The position numbers and the translations under genes were made by a program. Below the pieces are notes generated by a model. The model had not been told where the DNA came from. It made no database searches and saw only the letters and a list, made by a program, of their open reading frames with translations. From contig CAVPXS010000018.1 in NCBI GenBank assembly GCA_963709775.1, forward strand, positions 245,067 to 309,066: DNA of 64,000 nt, given 5' to 3'. Position 1 is the first letter of the stretch. Each line of letters opens with the position of its first letter. This DNA comes from an uncultured Flavobacteriaceae bacterium (GTDB lineage Bacteria > Bacteroidota > Bacteroidia > Flavobacteriales > Flavobacteriaceae). Positions 56,876 to 64,000 of this stretch are shown one piece after another.

Positions 56876-56878
56876 GGC

Positions 56879-57520
56879 TTATTTTTTCCAGTTAGCCGGA
56901 TCTTTGTGCCAGCTTTTCAGGAGCTCGCTTTCGGCTTGATTTATATAATTTGTTTTCAAGGCTACTTCCAAAAGGTAATCATAGTTACTTAAGGTGTGTA
57001 GCTCAATATTTGCTTCTTTAAAATTTTGATTGGCAGTTTCAAACCCATAAGAAAAAATGCCGAGCATCCCCTTTATCTGGAGATTGGCTTCCTGTAGTGC
57101 CTTAACAGCATTCAGGCTGCTATTTCCCGTACTTATCAGGTCTTCAATGACAACAACCGTTTGGCCGTCCTCAACTTTTCCTTCTATCTGGTTCTTTCGC
57201 CCATGAGATTTTGGTTCGGGTCGAACGTATGCAAAAGGCAGGCTAAGGTATTCTGCAACCAGCATTCCTATTCCTATTGCGCCCGTGGCAACTCCAGCAA
57301 TCACATCGGCTTTACCATATAGCTGCTCTATTTGGCGCGCCATGTGTTCCCTTACAAAATTGCGGATGGGAGGATAAGAAAGAATAATGCGATTATCACA
57401 GTAAATAGGAGAGTTCCAGCCGCTCGCCCACTTAAACCCTTGTTGTGCATCTAATTTTATTGCTTTAATTTGCAATAATAACTCAGCAGTTTTGCGAGCT
57501 GTTTCCTTGTCTAAAATCAT
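56879..57520 (-). CDS. pyrE: Orotate phosphoribosyltransferase
   Basis: ASGWNSPIYCD, VVIEDLISTG motifs; true start MILDKET (ATG 57520). Confidence 0.96.
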   Translation of the reverse strand: MILDKETARKTAELLLQIKAIKLDAQQGFKWASGWNSPIYCDNRIILSYPPIRNFVREHMARQIEQLYGKADVIAGVATGAIGIGMLVAEYLSLPFAYVRPEPKSHGRKNQIEGKVEDGQTVVVIEDLISTGNSSLNAVKALQEANLQIKGMLGIFSYGFETANQNFKEANIELHTLSNYDYLLEVALKTNYINQAESELLKSWHKDPANWKK

Positions 57521-57524
57521 AGTG

Positions 57525-57532
57525 CAAATGTA
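57525..57532 (-). promoter_or_regulatory. -7 element (TACATTTG) placing the pyrE TSS at or near its ATG
   Basis: Minus strand reads TACATTTG-CACT-ATG; the element overlaps the ATG of the divergent NUDIX gene. Confidence 0.6.
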
Positions 57533-58151
57533 TAAAGTTTTTGTAAATGATATTCCTATTATTCTCTCTACGGAAAAGGATTTGGGTGAAAAATATGTTT
57601 CTGTTCCGTTAAAAGAAGTGAAATTAAAGAGGATTATCAAAAAAATTAACAAAGGTAAGTTGCTCTATGTGAATCTTTACCATGATAAAAAAGAGAAGCT
57701 GCTAAAGCACCTTTTTAAGAAGTTACCTGTGGTTACTGCCGGGGGAGGAATGGTTCTAAACCCCCAAAAAGAGGTGCTGTTCATTTACCGCAACGGCCGC
57801 TGGGATCTCCCTAAAGGAAAGGTGGAAAAGAATGAGAGTATCGAAACAGGAGCAATTCGTGAGGTAGAAGAGGAGACGGGTGTGAAAAATCTGAAGATCT
57901 CAAAATTTCTCCAAACAACATATCATATCTTTCAGCGCAAAGGGCGCTACAGACTTAAGGTTACCTACTGGTATGAAATGACGACCGACTATGATGGCGA
58001 ACTTATCCCCGAAGAAAAAGAGGGTATTAAAAAGGTGAAGTGGAAGAACATGGAGAAGGCGCAAAAGGCTCTTAAAAAATCCTATGCCAATATAAAACTG
58101 CTCTTCCCCGAGGAGATCTTACCGGTTCACTCTAAAGACCGGGTATCTTAA
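57528..58151 (+). CDS. NUDIX hydrolase
   Basis: Nudix box GKVEKNESIETGAIREVEEETGV; true start MYKVFVND (ATG 57528). Confidence 0.92.
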   Translation: MYKVFVNDIPIILSTEKDLGEKYVSVPLKEVKLKRIIKKINKGKLLYVNLYHDKKEKLLKHLFKKLPVVTAGGGMVLNPQKEVLFIYRNGRWDLPKGKVEKNESIETGAIREVEEETGVKNLKISKFLQTTYHIFQRKGRYRLKVTYWYEMTTDYDGELIPEEKEGIKKVKWKNMEKAQKALKKSYANIKLLFPEEILPVHSKDRVS

Positions 58152-59870
58152 ATGTGAACTTTCATAGTGTTCGCTTTTTTTATGGATCCAGGCCAACTGC
58201 GCGTACCAGTTTGCCGCAAATTCAGGGTCGTTAGTTTTCTTAGCCATGAATTCTTCTTCGATCTCGGGATAATCATCCAAAAATTCCCTTGCAATTTCCT
58301 CAAAAACATAAGGTGAGAATCCTTCTTTTTGCTGCAGGACGCTGTCGAAGAAATTCCAGTTAAAAAATGAGTCCGGAGCCTCAGGTTCCAGTGTCGCCAT
58401 TAGATATTTTGCTGCTTTTTGCTTTATGGGTATAAAAACATCTCCTTTTCTAAGATTCACCTTTTGTCGGCTGCTTTCCACCTCCACATTAGAATGCGGG
58501 TAATGACCTTCATAAGCATTCTCCCGTGTCTCGTAATTCTTTATTTTATAAACCTCTACAACCATACTGGTGTCCTTTTCAAAGGGGATCATTTCTACGT
58601 TATTCATTTCCAATAGATCCAAAACCGGCCACCATGCCTGGGGAACAATGTAGCCCTGCGGCATTTTCACCTCCCGGGAAGCCGTAAAGTTGTCGTAATA
58701 ATCAACGGGCTTGGTAAATGGACGGGTAGTGTCATATTTAAGCCGTTCAAAACCTGTTACCTGGCTGGGAATTCTTTCTGCTTCATAACCTTTGAACTGC
58801 AAATTTGAAACTTCACTGCTGTCAACCACAAAATCAAAGGCATAATTGCTTTTGCTTTGAAACTCCTTCAGGTCCTTTGCCCGGAGCTTTTTTATCAATT
58901 CAGTATCCTCGTCGGCAATGTCGATCATAGAACGCAAAAATTCATAGGTGCCACGAACCCGTTTGTCGTATGGCTTAAGCATATGAGTTTCTACCAGGAC
59001 TCCAAGGGTGTTCCAAAGAGCAGCGTATCCCGTAGAGTAGCGGGGAGTATCAAGGAACTGTGAAAATCCCTTTTCAGGAACATCTCCAAATACATTCACA
59101 TAAGGTGTGACTTCCCATTCCTTCTTTTTTAGTGCTTTTTCCAGGGCGGGTCTCAAATCGGTCTTGATATATTTTCCAAGGGCTCCACCCATTTGGTCAT
59201 GTTGAGTAAAAAGATGGGTGAGCGTATATTGATAATCGGCCCCGTTGCTAACATGAGTGTCAATAAAAACATCCGGATCAACTAGATGAAAGATCTCGTA
59301 AAAGCTGCGGGTATTTTTTGTGTCGGCTTTTATGAAATCGCGGTTGAGATCGTAGTTCTGTGCATTTCCGCGGAAACCATAAGCTTTAGGTCCGTTTTGG
59401 TTCGTGCGGGTAAAGGAATTGCGGTTCAATGCGCCACCTACGTTGTAGACTGGAATTGCTGCAATAACAGTATTTTCGGGAAGAGCGATCGAGTCCTGGG
59501 CCAGGTCCCGGAACAACATCATTGTAGCGTCAATCCCGTCACTTTCGCCGGGATGTATTCCATTATTGATCAAAATAATGCTGTGATCCTTGCGAACGTT
59601 CTCAAAATCAAATGATCTGTTACGGCTGTAAGTAACCAGGTGCAGAGGTTCTCCACTATCAGTCTCCCCAATACGCTTTAGGTTTATTGTGGAATACACA
59701 GCAGCGAGATCTTCGTAATAATCAATGATTTCGGTATATGTGGCGGTCTCGGTCCCTCCAGATTTTTCGAAGACAGTAGTGAAATCATAATCCTGTTCCA
59801 GAATGTAATTAGAAAAATCACAGGAGCTTAGGCCAAGAGCGAAGATCGCCAGAAACAGAATCTTTTTCAT
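58119..59870 (-). CDS. M14-family zinc carboxypeptidase lipoprotein
   Basis: Start MKKILFLA (ATG 59870), lipobox LSSC, IHPGE, DLNRDF, IDTH motifs. Confidence 0.88.
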   Translation of the reverse strand: MKKILFLAIFALGLSSCDFSNYILEQDYDFTTVFEKSGGTETATYTEIIDYYEDLAAVYSTINLKRIGETDSGEPLHLVTYSRNRSFDFENVRKDHSIILINNGIHPGESDGIDATMMLFRDLAQDSIALPENTVIAAIPVYNVGGALNRNSFTRTNQNGPKAYGFRGNAQNYDLNRDFIKADTKNTRSFYEIFHLVDPDVFIDTHVSNGADYQYTLTHLFTQHDQMGGALGKYIKTDLRPALEKALKKKEWEVTPYVNVFGDVPEKGFSQFLDTPRYSTGYAALWNTLGVLVETHMLKPYDKRVRGTYEFLRSMIDIADEDTELIKKLRAKDLKEFQSKSNYAFDFVVDSSEVSNLQFKGYEAERIPSQVTGFERLKYDTTRPFTKPVDYYDNFTASREVKMPQGYIVPQAWWPVLDLLEMNNVEMIPFEKDTSMVVEVYKIKNYETRENAYEGHYPHSNVEVESSRQKVNLRKGDVFIPIKQKAAKYLMATLEPEAPDSFFNWNFFDSVLQQKEGFSPYVFEEIAREFLDDYPEIEEEFMAKKTNDPEFAANWYAQLAWIHKKSEHYESSHLRYPVFRVNR

Positions 59871-60062
59871 GCAGGGATTTTTAACAGCTGTAAACATAAA
59901 GAAAAACTTCAAAAGCCTAAAGAAATGCTAAGAATAAAGCAGGCTTTTCCAGGCTTCAAAAAAAGCTTATTTTAGCTAAGGCTTTTGCTTTTGAGAAAAA
60001 GGTAAGGTGCCAAAAATGCCATTTTTAAAACTTCTTTCCATTCGGAAAACAAAACGCACATC

Positions 60063-62372
60063 TTGAGAAAATATCTTTTTCTGCTCTCCATCTTTCTTTT
60101 CTTCGGAAATCTTTCTGCCCAGAACATAAAAGGAAAAGTAATTGATGCCTTTACCAGTAAACCTCTTGAAAAGGTTAAAATTACTTCTGAAAATATTTCT
60201 GAACCCGTTTATTCCGGTCCTTCAGGGGAATTTTTGCTTCCGGTGGAAGAACTGCCCGTAAATGTCATTTTTGACTACCCCGGTTACGGCCGAAAGGTTC
60301 TGAATATTGAAAATTATTCCGAAGACTTGATCGTGTTACTTGCCCCTTCCGAAGGTTCCCTTTCCGAAGTAGTGCTACGCAGTACCATAATTCCGCAGGA
60401 ACTTCTTCAAACCCCGTCGGCTGTGTCTGTGTTGAGTGGGGAAGACCTGCAAAGGTTTGATGAGACCAATATTATGCAGAACTTTAGTACTGTACCGGGA
60501 GTGAATGTGCATCAGGGTGCCCTCAATACGAATAAAATGAGTATTCGCGGAGTTGGCGCACGGTCTCAATATAGCACCAACAGGGTAAAGGCTTATTTTA
60601 TGGAGATCCCAATTACCAGCGCCGAAGGTGAAACCACGCTTGATGACCTGGATCCTGCGGTTGTAGAACGTGTCGAGATCATAAAAGGGCCTACTTCCAG
60701 TGTTTATGGGGCCGGTCTTGGCGGAGTAATCACTCTATTTCCTGCCCGGGCAGAGGAGCAGGGAACCAATGCAAAGGTAAAAGGAACTTATGGCAGCTAT
60801 AACTTAATTCGGGGAACTGTGCAGGCCTCTCATGCTTCTGAATCTTCAAATTTAGTGGCAACATATAACCATGTCGAAACAGATGGCTGGAGGGATAATT
60901 CGGCTTATGACCGTGATTCTTTTACCATGTTTGGGCAGGTCGCCGGGGGAGAAAACGGCCAGTTATCGGTACTGGGGCACTTTGTTCGGCTTAAAGCTTT
61001 TATTCCAAGTTCCTTAAACCGGGAAACCTTGCTCACAGACCCTTCTTCGGCAGCTTTTACCTGGGGAGCGGCAAAAGGTTATGAATCTTATGATAAAGGT
61101 TTGCTGGGACTTTCTTACAGGTACAACTTTAGTGAAACTTTCCAAAATACTACCAGCATTTACGGCACTTTTAGAGATGCTTATGAGCCAAGGCCATTTG
61201 ATATTCTCAATGAAGAGCAAACGGCTTTGGGAGCCAGGACAAAATTCAATCTCGAAGGGGATTTTCTAAATGCTCCTTCCCGTGTGAGCTTTGGGATGGA
61301 ATTTTACAATGAATGGTATGACATCGCTACTTATGAGAATCTTTATGAGCAATTTGAGGATGCAGGAAGTGTCCCAGGAATTAACCTGAGCCATAATGAG
61401 CAGGACAGGATCTATTATAACTTCTTTTTTCAATGGAATTTGCAGGTTACTTCCCGGTTAAAGCTGGAAGCAGGATTGAACCTGAATTCTACCTCCTACG
61501 AGCTAAGCGATCTATATGAAGAAGATGATGTAGACCAATCGGGCGACTATACTTTTGATGATGTACTTTCGCCAAGGTTTGGTGCAGTATATTCAGTTTC
61601 TCCCGGTAAGAATTTCTATGCCTCTGTGAGCCACGGATTTTCCACTCCAACAGTAGCTGAAACACTTACCCCGGAAGGTTTGATCAATACAAGCCTGAAG
61701 CCCGAAACCGGGATCAATTATGAAGTAGGCTTCAAAGGGAATTTCCTGAATAACCGTTTATATGCTGAAGTTGCGGCTTTTTCAATACAGGTAGACAATC
61801 TCTTAGTGGCCGAACGTGTGGCCGAAGATCAATATATTGGCCGCAACGCCGGAAAAACTGATCATAACGGATTGGAGCTCCTGCTTAATTACAATTTTCC
61901 AATATTTTCGGCACTTCGCGCCCGTACTTTTGTAAATGCGGCCTACAATTCTTTCAGCTTTGATGAATTCATAGATGAAGAAGAGGACTTTTCAGGGAAT
62001 GATCTTCCGGCAGTACCACAGGAAACCGTTAATGCGGGGCTGGATCTAATAACTTCTTTTGGTCTAAGCCTGCGCACCACCTATCAATATGAAGGACAAA
62101 TGCCGCTGAACGATGCCAACACAGAATATAGAAGTTCCTATGATCTTCTACATTTTAAAGCTTCTTTGAAACCACTGGAGATGTTGAGCGCCGGGGTTAT
62201 GAATGACTGGGAAATTGAAATTTTTGGTGGAGTGAACAATGCGCTTGATGAGGAATATGCTGCCTCGGTAATTCCAAATGCTGTTGGTTTTGGCGGCGCA
62301 GCACCACGCTACTTTTATCCGGGAATGCCCCAGAATTTTTATGGAGGATTGGCGGTTGGCTATAACTTTTAA
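60063..62372 (+). CDS. TonB-dependent receptor (N-terminal carboxypeptidase-regulatory-like domain, plug, barrel)
   Basis: Signal peptide; IRGVG, VERVEIIKGPTSSVYG plug motif; LKPETG; C-terminal YNF; TTG start. Confidence 0.93.
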   Translation: MRKYLFLLSIFLFFGNLSAQNIKGKVIDAFTSKPLEKVKITSENISEPVYSGPSGEFLLPVEELPVNVIFDYPGYGRKVLNIENYSEDLIVLLAPSEGSLSEVVLRSTIIPQELLQTPSAVSVLSGEDLQRFDETNIMQNFSTVPGVNVHQGALNTNKMSIRGVGARSQYSTNRVKAYFMEIPITSAEGETTLDDLDPAVVERVEIIKGPTSSVYGAGLGGVITLFPARAEEQGTNAKVKGTYGSYNLIRGTVQASHASESSNLVATYNHVETDGWRDNSAYDRDSFTMFGQVAGGENGQLSVLGHFVRLKAFIPSSLNRETLLTDPSSAAFTWGAAKGYESYDKGLLGLSYRYNFSETFQNTTSIYGTFRDAYEPRPFDILNEEQTALGARTKFNLEGDFLNAPSRVSFGMEFYNEWYDIATYENLYEQFEDAGSVPGINLSHNEQDRIYYNFFFQWNLQVTSRLKLEAGLNLNSTSYELSDLYEEDDVDQSGDYTFDDVLSPRFGAVYSVSPGKNFYASVSHGFSTPTVAETLTPEGLINTSLKPETGINYEVGFKGNFLNNRLYAEVAAFSIQVDNLLVAERVAEDQYIGRNAGKTDHNGLELLLNYNFPIFSALRARTFVNAAYNSFSFDEFIDEEEDFSGNDLPAVPQETVNAGLDLITSFGLSLRTTYQYEGQMPLNDANTEYRSSYDLLHFKASLKPLEMLSAGVMNDWEIEIFGGVNNALDEEYAASVIPNAVGFGGAAPRYFYPGMPQNFYGGLAVGYNF

Positions 62373-62382
62373 ATCCAGAAAA

Positions 62383-62421
62383 ACCCACCCCGCCTGTCGG
62401 CACCCCTCCGGAGGAGGGGAA
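62383..62421 (+). repeat. Short copy of the 5179-5461 REP-like family
   Basis: ACCCACCCCGCCTGTCGGCACCCCTCCGGAGGAGGGGAA shares both conserved flanks with 5179-5228. Confidence 0.7.
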
Positions 62422-62442
62422 GTATGAATAATCTATGAATTG

Positions 62443-62493
62443 CCTCCGACTTCAGGCGGAGGATAAAGAATAATTTGAGAAAGGGCTTTAGCC
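62443..62493. repeat. Hairpin CCTCCG-N8-CGGAGG followed by GGGCTTTAGCC (third palindromic element type)
   Basis: 6-bp stem and short imperfect palindrome directly after the REP-like copy. Confidence 0.45.
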
Positions 62494-62502
62494 TAATTAT
62501 AG

Positions 62503-62588
62503 TTAATCAATCCCCAGTTAATCCTTCACCAGGTTAACCAATCCCTAATTAACCAATCCCCAATTAACCATTCCCCAATTAACCAATA
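62503..62588. repeat. Degenerate 15-bp tandem repeat (TTAACCAATCCCCAA), about 5.7 units
   Basis: Units start at 62503, 62518, 62534, 62549, 62564 and 62579. Confidence 0.85.
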
Positions 62589-62589
62589 G

Positions 62590-63042
62590 CTACTTCCTAA
62601 CTACATCGGGTACCATAAAATGGTAATCTCCGCCGTTGCGTATCACATCCCGAACAACTGTAGAGGAAATATGGCTTTTTCCGGAGGAAGTGATGAAGAA
62701 AACGGTTTCCACTCCGCTTAATTTATAGTTGGTTTGCCCAATCGTCTTTTCAAATTCCAGGTCTATTGCGTTTCTAAGTCCGCGCAGGATGAAACCGGCA
62801 TTTTGAGACTTACAAAAATCCACAGTCATACCTTTATAGGTCATTACTTTGATCTTCGGCTCATCCTTAAAGGTCTCTTCTAAAAAACGCACCCGGTCTT
62901 CAAGAGAAAACATGTATTTCTTATCTGAATTTATCCCGATTGCGAGAATGATCTCATCGAAAAGCGGAAGGCCGCGGTTAATGATATCTACATGTCCCAG
63001 GGTTATGGGGTCAAAAGAACCGGGAAAGACTGCTGTTTTCAT
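62590..63042 (-). CDS. coaD: Phosphopantetheine adenylyltransferase
   Basis: FPGSFDPITLGH, RGLR, ISSTVVR motifs. Confidence 0.97.
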   Translation of the reverse strand: MKTAVFPGSFDPITLGHVDIINRGLPLFDEIILAIGINSDKKYMFSLEDRVRFLEETFKDEPKIKVMTYKGMTVDFCKSQNAGFILRGLRNAIDLEFEKTIGQTNYKLSGVETVFFITSSGKSHISSTVVRDVIRNGGDYHFMVPDVVRK

Positions 63043-63082
63043 TTCGAAAAAAATTTATCCTAAAATAGACATTTTTGAGCAC

Positions 63083-64000
63083 CTAGTATTTTAAGGCGGT
63101 TTCTATCGCACTGCCAAAGAGTTCTTCCAGGGAAATACCCGCTGCCTGAGCCTGCTGTGGCAAAATACTCGCCTCGCTAAGCCCGGGATTGGTGTTCATC
63201 TCAATGAAATGCGGCTCATCGTTGTGGAATATAAATTCTGAACGGGAAAAGCCTTTCATCTTCAGTTTTCGATAAATAAGTTTGGCGATTTCCTGCACTT
63301 TCTTTGTCTGCTCTTCAGAAATTCTTGCCGGAGTGATCTCCTGGGACTTTCCGAGGTATTTTGCTTCGTAGTCAAAAAACTCATTTTCAGAAACAATTTC
63401 GGTGACCGGCAGTGCAAAAATTTCTCCGTTGTGTGTGATCACACCAACAGAGACTTCGGTTCCATCAAGGAAAGATTCAATGATGATCTCGTCATCCTCT
63501 TTAAAAGCGAATTTTGTGGCAGGAATAATTCCTTCGCTTGTTTTTACTTTTGTGATCCCAAAGCTGCTTCCGGCCTTGTTCGCCTTGACGAAACAGGGAA
63601 GCCCTACTTTGGCAACGATCTCTTCGGGATCCACTTCATCTCCTTTATCGACAAAGAAATTTTCAGCAGTTTTTATTCCGAAGGGTTTCAGCACGCTAAT
63701 GAGATCTCTCTTATTAAAAGTTAGTGCCGACTGGTAAAAATCACAGGAGGTTTGCGGAATGTCGAGTAACTCCAGATACGCCTGCAGGAGACCATTCTCC
63801 CCGGGAGTACCGTGAATGGTGTTAAAAACACAGTCAAAAGTTATGAGTTTTCCATCTATCGTGACGGTGAAATTACTTCGGTTTATGGGGTAGGGCATAT
63901 CATTTTCTCCAATGACAAACCACTCTTTTTGCAGGATGTGCACCCGGTAAGGGTTGTATTTACTGCGATCAAGGTTTTTATATACTACATTACCGCTGTT
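63083..64000 (-). CDS. ddl: D-alanine--D-alanine ligase (N-terminus beyond the window edge)
   Basis: HGTPGENG, GSSFG, FFDYEAKY, EMNTNPG motifs; frame is open to position 64000 (NSGNVVYKNLD...). Confidence 0.96.
   Translation of the reverse strand, partial: NSGNVVYKNLDRSKYNPYRVHILQKEWFVIGENDMPYPINRSNFTVTIDGKLITFDCVFNTIHGTPGENGLLQAYLELLDIPQTSCDFYQSALTFNKRDLISVLKPFGIKTAENFFVDKGDEVDPEEIVAKVGLPCFVKANKAGSSFGITKVKTSEGIIPATKFAFKEDDEIIIESFLDGTEVSVGVITHNGEIFALPVTEIVSENEFFDYEAKYLGKSQEITPARISEEQTKKVQEIAKLIYRKLKMKGFSRSEFIFHNDEPHFIEMNTNPGLSEASILPQQAQAAGISLEELFGSAIETALKY

Noticed and set aside
59913-60062. Cobalamin or TPP riboswitch, or Fur box, upstream of the TonB receptor
   Set aside because: No B12-box or TPP core motifs and no GATAATGATAATCATTATC-like sequence visible; the region is short and AT-rich
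62503-62588. Possible CRISPR array (also considered for 5179-5461)
   Set aside because: Units are adjacent or irregularly spaced and degenerate, with no unique spacers of constant length and no cas genes

Overview
A 64-kb, mostly housekeeping chromosomal segment of a Flavobacteriaceae-type bacterium (Bacteroidota). The assignment rests on repeated TAnnTTTG promoter elements, the archaeal/eukaryal-type ProRS and the gene neighbourhoods. It carries about 60 CDSs (folE partial, proS, rpsT, rho, truA, dacA, folP, tpiA, prmA, clpS, meaB, ohr, msrA, lpxK, gap, lipA, murB, valS, psd, cdsA, ftsH, rsfS, pyrE, coaD, ddl partial and others) and two identical tandem tRNA-Glu(TTC) genes. There are many intrinsic terminators and several non-coding palindromic (REP-like) and short tandem repeat patches. 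I saw no CRISPR array, transposase, integrase, prophage or recognisable defence system. Seven genes (rho, DoxX-family, ArnT-like, GT2, K+/H+ antiporter, lpxK, valS) are each broken by exactly one extra base; the most likely cause is consensus sequencing error. The best candidates for follow-up are: a putative uronic-acid lipid A/cell-envelope modification locus; a FadL-like barrel paired with a Gly/Tyr- and Ser/Arg-rich lipoprotein; an orphan histidine kinase with a lipobox; a Cys-rich lipoprotein coupled to a lipoprotein MsrA; the pyrE/NUDIX head-to-head pair with a probable leaderless mRNA; and at least two dispersed palindromic repeat families. I cannot claim a clearly new system from this window; these are hypotheses.
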